Positions 57,747 through 64,000 of a stretch of DNA of 64,000 bases are shown one piece after another; position 1 is the first letter of the stretch, and each line of letters starts with the position of its first letter. Position numbers and translations under genes: made by a program. This DNA comes from an uncultured Erysipelotrichaceae bacterium (lineage in GTDB: Bacteria; Bacillota_I; Bacilli_A; Erysipelotrichales; Erysipelotrichaceae): the NCBI GenBank assembly GCA_949289855.1, contig CASEPS010000003.1:6587-70586 (forward strand). The letters run 5' to 3'. The notes under the pieces were generated by a model, which was given only the letters and a program-made list of their open reading frames with translations, searched no databases and had not been told where the DNA came from.

Positions 57747-58508
57747 TCAAAGATTGTCATATGTGACAAGTTCTATATCACTTCTGTCATTCAGCCACTT
57801 CTGCAAATCTTTGTCACAAGCCATTTCCACTTCCTGTGTACGTGGCACCAGAAGTGAAGATGTATGCAGAATGTAGTCATCGAGATACCCAGGATGACAA
57901 ACCATCACATCGCAGGCATCATCATGACCATTCTCAACCATGTTTTTCAGGAATTGTACAGGATCATATGCAGGTGCCATGGACCCCATCCACATATAGA
58001 CATCTGTATGGTTGAACTTTGCTGGCTTGCCATCCAGTGCCATAGCCATATATTTGAGATTGTGCCGTTTTGCGACCATTTCCAATGCTTCAAAGAAATG
58101 ATTTGAGGCAATGGCATGACCTTCAAAATAGTGTGGATCTTCTCCTGTCAGTTCCTTGAACCGCTCATATTGCGCTTCAATTTCAAGGCAGGCTTCTTCT
58201 ACAACGACAAAGTCATTCCCTTTCTGGAAAGCTTCACGATATTTCTTTGAAGAACGAAACGTACCATCTTCTTTTGTCAAAGAAGGAATATCTTTTGCAT
58301 CACACAACGGTCTTCCTACACAGACATTAGTATGTTGTCCATAGCAGACATCCGCGCCTGCAAGAAGTTTTAAACCATGTTCAACAGACGGCATGTTGGG
58401 CATGACACCAACACTATTGATAATGCCATCAATGACTGATTTTGCTATGCCACAGTTTACTCCTTCACTGTAGCCAAGATCATCAGCACGAACGAGAATT
58501 TTCTTCAT
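57747..58508 (-). CDS. ChbG/YdjC family carbohydrate deacetylase
   Basis: RADDLGYSEGVNCGI, GQHTNV, EGHA and VMVCHPGYLD motifs. Confidence 0.88.
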   Translation of the reverse strand: MKKILVRADDLGYSEGVNCGIAKSVIDGIINSVGVMPNMPSVEHGLKLLAGADVCYGQHTNVCVGRPLCDAKDIPSLTKEDGTFRSSKKYREAFQKGNDFVVVEEACLEIEAQYERFKELTGEDPHYFEGHAIASNHFFEALEMVAKRHNLKYMAMALDGKPAKFNHTDVYMWMGSMAPAYDPVQFLKNMVENGHDDACDVMVCHPGYLDDYILHTSSLLVPRTQEVEMACDKDLQKWLNDRSDIELVTYDNL

Positions 58509-58561
58509 AATAAGAAGCCTTTCATTTGCTTCACTGTATCACAACTGGCTGTGATAATGTG

Positions 58562-58595
58562 AAAAAGAAAACAGAGTATGGATTCCATACTCTGT
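58562..58595 (-). terminator. Terminator after greA
   Basis: ACAGAGTATGG-att-CCATACTCTGT, perfect 11-bp stem with a T-run on the minus strand. Confidence 0.85.
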
Positions 58596-58600
58596 GTGCT

Positions 58601-59074
58601 TTATTTCTTCTTGACGATCTTTACTTCATATGGTGACTTGACATTGACTGTTACAACATCACCAGGTTTGTGATCAAGAATTGCTTTGGCAAGAGGTGTT
58701 TCATTGGAAAGCTTGCCATGCAGTGGGTCTGCTTCTGTAGAACCAACAATGGAATATGTCTGTGTTTCCTTTGTGTCAAGGAACTCAATGGTTACTGTAG
58801 AACCAACAGTTACAGTCTTGGATCTGGAACTGCCTTCTTCAATGATTGTATGGTGCTGCAGAATATCTTCAAGTTCAACAATTCTGCTTTCTACCTGTGA
58901 CTGCTTGTCACGGGCAGCATCATAGTCCGCATTTTCGGAAAGGTCACCAAGAGAACGGGCTTCCGCAAGTTCATGTTTGACTTCTTCACGGACAACATGT
59001 ACAAGGTGATCATATTCTTCCTGGGTCTTTCTGAGACCTTCTTCAGTGAGCAGATGTTTTACTTCTTCTGTCAT
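58601..59074 (-). CDS. greA: Transcription elongation factor GreA
   Basis: ARSLGDLSENADYDAA and LSNETPLAKAIL motifs. Confidence 0.97.
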   Translation of the reverse strand: MTEEVKHLLTEEGLRKTQEEYDHLVHVVREEVKHELAEARSLGDLSENADYDAARDKQSQVESRIVELEDILQHHTIIEEGSSRSKTVTVGSTVTIEFLDTKETQTYSIVGSTEADPLHGKLSNETPLAKAILDHKPGDVVTVNVKSPYEVKIVKKK

Positions 59075-59107
59075 GATATCACTCCTTTTTGTTTAATAGC
59101 CTGCTTA

Positions 59108-59740
59108 TTATAGCATTGTGGGATAAATGACGCTACTGATTTTTGTCGTCAGCAGGTCAATTGCAACAGTATTACTGCCACCTTCAGGGATGATGAGATC
59201 CGCATAGGTTTTGCTTGGTTCCACAAACGAATCATGCATAACACGGACAGTATCCATATACTGATTGACTACCGATTCAAGTGTTCTTCCCCGTTCATTG
59301 ACATCTCTGACAAGTCTTCTGATAAACCGGATATCCGCATTTGTATCCACAAAGACCTTGATATCGAGAAGATCACGAATTTCTTTTGAATACAGAACAA
59401 ACAAACCTTCCAGGATCAATACATCGCATGGCTCACAGTGTTCTGTGACATTGCTGCGTGTATGATTGACAAAATCATAGGTTGGTTTCTCAATTGGTTT
59501 ACCCTGCATCAGAGCATGGATATGTTCGATGAGCAGATCATTATCAAAGGCAAATGGATGATCGTAGTTTGTTTTGACACGTTCCTCCATCGTTTTCTCA
59601 CTCTGGTCTTTGTAATAATCATCCTGACGAATGATAAGGACTTTCTTTTCATCCGCAAATGTTTCCTTGATTTTCAAGGAAATAGTTGTTTTACCAGATG
59701 CACTGCCTCCGGCAATGCCAATGATAACCGGTTTATTCAT
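59108..59740 (-). CDS. udk: Uridine kinase
   Basis: [27 protein letters not shown] and [12 protein letters not shown] motifs; start reassigned to MNKPV. Confidence 0.96.
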   Translation of the reverse strand: MNKPVIIGIAGGSASGKTTISLKIKETFADEKKVLIIRQDDYYKDQSEKTMEERVKTNYDHPFAFDNDLLIEHIHALMQGKPIEKPTYDFVNHTRSNVTEHCEPCDVLILEGLFVLYSKEIRDLLDIKVFVDTNADIRFIRRLVRDVNERGRTLESVVNQYMDTVRVMHDSFVEPSKTYADLIIPEGGSNTVAIDLLTTKISSVIYPTML

Positions 59741-60215
59741 GTTCTGCCTCCCTTCGCTTATGCTGGATGAGATTGCCTTTGTCATCATAATAGAGATCAA
59801 TACAGAAAGGCTGATAGTCATCTTTCAGCAATCTCTCAAGAAAGATCCTGTCTCCCTCCCAAAGAGAAAGTTGCAGGATCTCATTCTTTTGTATCCAGTG
59901 CAGTTCACCTTCATCACATGGAATGAAATGATCATTCTCACATTGGGCGGTATAAATCCAGATTTTCTCTTCTTCTTCCGTTTCATAATGGAAATAGACA
60001 ATTCCCCGAAACTGAAGCTGTTTCATAGAAACAGAAATACCTGTTTCTTCCTGAATTTCCCGCATCATGCATTGACGTGGTGTTTCATTTTGTTCAAACT
60101 TGCCACCAACACCAATCCACTTTCCACTGTTGACATCATTTTGTTTGGCATTTCTCAATAACATGAGATAACTGCCATCATGCTCAAGATAACCACATGT
60201 ACTGTATTTCATCAT
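59733..60215 (-). CDS. NUDIX hydrolase, MutT/MutX-like 8-oxo-dGTPase
   Basis: [36 protein letters not shown] and LWEGDRIFL motifs. Confidence 0.88.
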   Translation of the reverse strand: MMKYSTCGYLEHDGSYLMLLRNAKQNDVNSGKWIGVGGKFEQNETPRQCMMREIQEETGISVSMKQLQFRGIVYFHYETEEEEKIWIYTAQCENDHFIPCDEGELHWIQKNEILQLSLWEGDRIFLERLLKDDYQPFCIDLYYDDKGNLIQHKRREAEHE

Positions 60216-61339
60216 CCAAGATACTGTGCAACAAGGGCATTGTGCTGATCCAGTGTCTCAGAGAAGTAGACTGTACCATCACCATAGACATCGGCCATGA
60301 AGTAATAGTAATTTGTCTGGTTAGGATTGAGTACTGCTTCAAGGGCATTTGGACCTGCATTGGCTACAGCACCTGGTGGAAGTCCCTGGTGAAGGTATGT
60401 GTTATATGGGCTGTCAAAGTCTGTATTGACTTCACATGCCTGCCAGTTGTCATTGTCACGGTCAAAGTCAATGGCATAACATACAGTGACAGAACTGCCA
60501 AGTGTCATACCGGTATTCAGTCTGTTATAGAAGACACTGGCAATGTTCTTCAACACTTCCATATCGCCTGTACCTTCATACTGGACAATGGAAGCCAGTG
60601 TGAAGATCTGATGTGTGCTGAGCGTTGAAGCAGCAAACTGATCCGCATACTGGTTATAGACAACAAGTGTCTGATCCAGAATCTTTTCGGTGATTTCCTG
60701 TGCTGTAGAGTCTTCATCAAACTGATATGTATTTGGTGCAAAGTAACCTTCAAGATAACACCTTACCCCTTCCTGGAACATCTCTTCTGTCAGGAATGGA
60801 TATTTTGGCATCAGAGAGCGCAGGTATTCCTGGTTATTCCAGAGTGCGATCAGTTCATCATACGACACATTGGTCACAGAGCTGATATTTTCAGCAATAT
60901 GCTTTGCCCAGTCACCATCGATGATGGTAACAGAAATACCACTCTGGTTTGTTGATGCGTTGATATCAGTCAATGTTGTATAGATCTTGTTCAGATCCCA
61001 GCTTTTATCCAGCGTGAATGTGCCGGCAATCAGATTGGAAAAACCTTCAAACTTGGCATAGTAATAACCAATCTGTGAAGAATCTATAATACCCTGTTCC
61101 GCAAGGTCTTCACTGACTGACTTGATAGTCGCACCTTCCGGCACGGTAAAGTTGACTTTTTCACTTTCACTGCTCACAGGCTGAAATCCCTTGTAAACCT
61201 TCCAGCCACCAATACCAATGCAGACAAGAAGAAGGACAATGATCACAAGAACAACGCGTTGCAAAATGCTGTGACGGCGCTTTTTCACCGGTCTGTCCAG
61301 TTCATCTTCAAATTCAACAGATCTGTTCTTATCCCTCAT
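60212..61339 (-). CDS. mltG: Endolytic transglycosylase MltG
   Basis: N-terminal TM helix; LEGYFAPNTY, LASIVQYE, SPYNTY, GLPPG and YYYFMAD motifs; start reassigned to MRDKN. Confidence 0.93.
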   Translation of the reverse strand: MRDKNRSVEFEDELDRPVKKRRHSILQRVVLVIIVLLLVCIGIGGWKVYKGFQPVSSESEKVNFTVPEGATIKSVSEDLAEQGIIDSSQIGYYYAKFEGFSNLIAGTFTLDKSWDLNKIYTTLTDINASTNQSGISVTIIDGDWAKHIAENISSVTNVSYDELIALWNNQEYLRSLMPKYPFLTEEMFQEGVRCYLEGYFAPNTYQFDEDSTAQEITEKILDQTLVVYNQYADQFAASTLSTHQIFTLASIVQYEGTGDMEVLKNIASVFYNRLNTGMTLGSSVTVCYAIDFDRDNDNWQACEVNTDFDSPYNTYLHQGLPPGAVANAGPNALEAVLNPNQTNYYYFMADVYGDGTVYFSETLDQHNALVAQYLG

Positions 61340-61589
61340 TCTCAAATCCCTCATTGTCTTCAAATGTACCAAGCATTTCTTCACACATTTCTCTGTCTTT
61401 TTCGTCAGTCACAAATTCCATATTGCCATCTTCATCATACTGATACGGATAGACATCGCCATCCTGGTCATCCGCAGATGTAAACAAGGCAAACTGCCGT
61501 TTATCCGGTGTTTCGAATGTGAAAAGAAGTCTGACTTCCCTTTCTTCTCCCATTTCGTCGATCACCGTCATACGTGTTGTTTCATCCAT
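61329..61589 (-). CDS. DUF1292 family protein (YrzB-like)
   Basis: Acidic 86 aa (TVIDEMGEE...LFTFE...); conserved position after ruvX. Confidence 0.8.
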   Translation of the reverse strand: MDETTRMTVIDEMGEEREVRLLFTFETPDKRQFALFTSADDQDGDVYPYQYDEDGNMEFVTDEKDREMCEEMLGTFEDNEGFENEG

Positions 61590-61630
61590 AAGTATTCCTC
61601 TTTCATAGTGAAAGGGCGCATTACGCCCTG

Positions 61631-62047
61631 TTAATTTCCCCTGCTGTCCAGGTATCCCTGCAGAATCTGTACAGCAGCCATCTGGTCAATGACTTTTTTG
61701 CGCTTCTTTCGGGAAACATCAGCTTCAAGCAGAATCGCTTCCGCATCCATTGTTGTCTGCCGCTCATCGCGCATGATGACTCTGACACCGGATTCCTGTT
61801 CAAGAACCCTGCCAAATTCCAGGCAGATTTCTGCCCTTTCCCCCACATCACCATTCATATGCAATGGCAGACCAAGCACAATTTCATCCGGCTTTTCCTT
61901 TTCGACAATTTCCAGAATTCTGTCGAGACATGTATCATAATCATCTGGCTTAAAGCGCACGGTACAATACGTCTCGGCAATCATGCCGGTCATGCTCAAA
62001 GAAACACCGCATGTCACACTGCCAAGATCCAATCCGAGAAATATCAT
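61631..62047 (-). CDS. ruvX: Pre-16S rRNA nuclease / Holliday junction resolvase-like RuvX (YqgF)
   Basis: [29 protein letters not shown] and [15 protein letters not shown] motifs. Confidence 0.94.
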   Translation of the reverse strand: MIFLGLDLGSVTCGVSLSMTGMIAETYCTVRFKPDDYDTCLDRILEIVEKEKPDEIVLGLPLHMNGDVGERAEICLEFGRVLEQESGVRVIMRDERQTTMDAEAILLEADVSRKKRKKVIDQMAAVQILQGYLDSRGN

Positions 62048-62316
62048 TGATTCTCCTCTAAATAGAATCTGACGAGCTCTTCAATGATCTCATGTCTTTC
62101 CACAGACTGGATAATGCTGCGGGCATTGTTATGGCTGGAAATATATGCAGGATCATTGGAAATCAGATATCCTGCAAGCTGATTGATGGAGTTGTATCCT
62201 CTTTCTTCCAGTGCTTTCTGCACATGTTTCAGAATTTCCCTGATGTTTGCACGGCGAATCTCTTCAGCATTGTAGCTGACTGTAGTTGTCAGTTCCTGAT
62301 TATTTTTCATATTCAT
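62044..62316 (-). CDS. ireB: IreB/ReoM family phosphoprotein (UPF0297)
   Basis: [25 protein letters not shown]...NAR...[10 protein letters not shown]. Confidence 0.92.
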   Translation of the reverse strand: MNMKNNQELTTTVSYNAEEIRRANIREILKHVQKALEERGYNSINQLAGYLISNDPAYISSHNNARSIIQSVERHEIIEELVRFYLEENQ

Positions 62317-62378
62317 AACGATCCTCCTTAGACGTATTTTATGTCAAATCGCGACAAATGAAAAGGATAATAAACAAT

Positions 62379-63701
62379 TTACAGCTTTGCGGCCTGTTGT
62401 TTTGCCTTTTGATTAAAGTCTGTCATCATATCTGACAAATTCTTCTTCATATCCCTGATACAAACACCTTGTGGAATTCCATTAACAATACGCATCTTTC
62501 CATTGACCATAACATCTTTGACATCCGATGCATTTGCACTATAGACAAGAACAGAATACGGATCATGTACAGGAAACATATGCATGGCATCAAGCGATAA
62601 CGTAATGATATCCGCTTTCTTCCCTTTCTCCAATGAACCGGTATAGCTATCACAACAAAGTGCCTTTGCGCCTTCTATTGTCGCTAAGCGTACAATATCT
62701 TTTGCAGGAAACAGGGAACGGTCATGGTAGTAAGTTTTCTGGGCAACGACAGCAAGCCGCATCAAAGAGAATAGTTCAAGCGTATTCCCACTGGATGGTC
62801 CATCTGTTCCAAGTCCCGTCGCTACACCTGCCTTTACAAGGTCTCTCAGTGGTGTAACACCTTTACCTGCCTTCAGATTGGAACCCGGACAATGGGCAAC
62901 ATGGACGCCTTTTTCTTTCATCAACTGAATATCCTTGTCAGAAAGATGAATGCAGTGCACAGCCAATAGATGTTCATCAAGACAACCGATATCATTCAGC
63001 CATTCAACAGGTGTCATGTCATATGTCTTTTTGAAATATTCCATTTCATAATCCATTTCCGATACATGACACATCAGCTGTACATCATTTTTTCTTGCGA
63101 TGTTCATGCCTTTGGCAAACGTATCCGCTGAAACTGTATTAGTTGCATGCATGGCTATAATGGGTCTGACGAAAGGATGGTCCTTCCACTTTTCGATAAA
63201 TGCTTCCGCAATCGCCAATCCTTCATGAGAATCCTTTGCATCACATGTTGGCTGATCGATGACCGATTCACCAATAAAGGCACGTATGCCTGCCTGCTCA
63301 CATGCGTTAGCAATCGCATCAGGAAAGTAATACATATCCGCAAATGTTGTAATGCCACCCTGCATCATCTCCCAGCATCCATATTCAGCTGCCGACTGTG
63401 CGAGTTCTTTTGTCATACAGGCATTTTCCAAAGGAAACAGAAACCTGCGCAATCTGTCAGGGCAATCATCGCCAAGAGAACGGAATGGAATCATGGAAAT
63501 ATGGCTGTGACAGTTGACCATGCCTGGCATAATAATGCTGTTAACTGCATCAATTTCCTTGTCACAATCAAAATGCAAAGATGGATCATCTTTACCTGCA
63601 TCTATAATTTCATCATCTTCAACAAGCACATATCCTGGATAAAATTCATGCATGGCCTCATCCATGGTCAATACCCAGCCATTACGAAATACGGTTTTCA
63701 T
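62379..63701 (-). CDS. Amidohydrolase (MTA/SAH or 5'-deoxyadenosine deaminase-like)
   Basis: PGMVNCHSH, GGITTFADMY, HVSE, AVHC, HCPGSNLK, GLGTDG and LEKGKKAD motifs. Confidence 0.88.
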   Translation of the reverse strand: MKTVFRNGWVLTMDEAMHEFYPGYVLVEDDEIIDAGKDDPSLHFDCDKEIDAVNSIIMPGMVNCHSHISMIPFRSLGDDCPDRLRRFLFPLENACMTKELAQSAAEYGCWEMMQGGITTFADMYYFPDAIANACEQAGIRAFIGESVIDQPTCDAKDSHEGLAIAEAFIEKWKDHPFVRPIIAMHATNTVSADTFAKGMNIARKNDVQLMCHVSEMDYEMEYFKKTYDMTPVEWLNDIGCLDEHLLAVHCIHLSDKDIQLMKEKGVHVAHCPGSNLKAGKGVTPLRDLVKAGVATGLGTDGPSSGNTLELFSLMRLAVVAQKTYYHDRSLFPAKDIVRLATIEGAKALCCDSYTGSLEKGKKADIITLSLDAMHMFPVHDPYSVLVYSANASDVKDVMVNGKMRIVNGIPQGVCIRDMKKNLSDMMTDFNQKAKQQAAKL

Positions 63702-64000
63702 TGCACTTCCTCCACAAGCGGAATGATGCTTTGTTCACGTGTCAGGACAAGTCCCTTGTCACTGATCTTGATTTCTGGTGAAACAAGCAGAGAAAGCGTA
63801 GAGAAAGACATGATTTCATTATCATGTACATAACCAAGTCTCTGCATGGCACTTCTCACTTCTTCGAGGTCTTTGCCCAGGCTTTCTATTGGACGGCTGG
63901 AGACAATCCCACCAATTTCCAATGGACATATTGCAGTTACTACATGATTTTCAACGGTCACAAATCCACCATCGATTTCCAGCAGTTTATTCTGGGCAAG
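63698..64000 (-). CDS. ade: Adenine deaminase C-terminal domain (partial, runs off window end)
   Basis: LLEIDGGFVTV...CPLEIGGIVS...STLSLLVSPEIKISDKGL, typical of the adenine deaminase C-terminus. Confidence 0.85.
   Translation of the reverse strand, partial: LAQNKLLEIDGGFVTVENHVVTAICPLEIGGIVSSRPIESLGKDLEEVRSAMQRLGYVHDNEIMSFSTLSLLVSPEIKISDKGLVLTREQSIIPLVEEVQ

Noticed and set aside
58537-58556. Similarity to the lambda operator TATCACCGCCAG on the minus strand
   Set aside because: A short chance match; no phage genes nearby.
1-64000. Numerous 60-310 aa antisense or alternate-frame ORFs (for example 29616-30536, 31464-32387, 22188-23207, 3987-4766)
   Set aside because: They are shadows of well-supported genes on the opposite strand or frame, with no recognisable motifs or RBSs.
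1-64000. CRISPR arrays, tRNA/rRNA/tmRNA/SRP RNA genes, IS transposases, toxin-antitoxin or restriction systems
   Set aside because: No regularly spaced repeats, cloverleaf motifs or DDE/HUH transposase signatures were seen, and the intergenic gaps are too short for large RNAs.

Overview
Chromosomal DNA from a low-GC Firmicute, probably Erysipelotrichaceae-like (short SMC, TGS-less ThrRS, PolC, T-box); the taxonomy is inference. Most of the window is housekeeping: polC, thrS, proS, recG, rnc, guaB, nusB-xseAB-ispA-dxs-recN-dinB-xerD, smc-ftsY-ylxM-ackA, comEA/EC-holA, mltG-udk-greA and ireB-ruvX. The main structural signal is that the window appears to straddle the replication terminus. Gene orientation flips from mostly + (36 of 43 genes) to entirely - (24 of 24) at a 154-bp intergenic gap. 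That gap holds a 28-bp dif-like site (42811-42838) about 50 bp downstream of a Xer recombinase gene, between two converging terminators and nested inverted repeats. Two known cis-regulatory RNAs are recognisable: a yybP-ykoY Mn riboswitch before mntP and a Thr T-box before thrS. Two unclassified leader candidates sit before a MATE pair and before a TM1266-like/ABC uptake operon that lacks an ATPase. Accessory content includes a ~3-kb low-GC cassette (three membrane proteins plus an ABC ATPase), a WYL-less wHTH regulator, a C39-like fusion next to a stand-alone ParB-like domain, and several probable leaderless mRNAs. No CRISPR array, tRNA, rRNA or transposase was seen. All family assignments are from motif recognition; no database searches were run.
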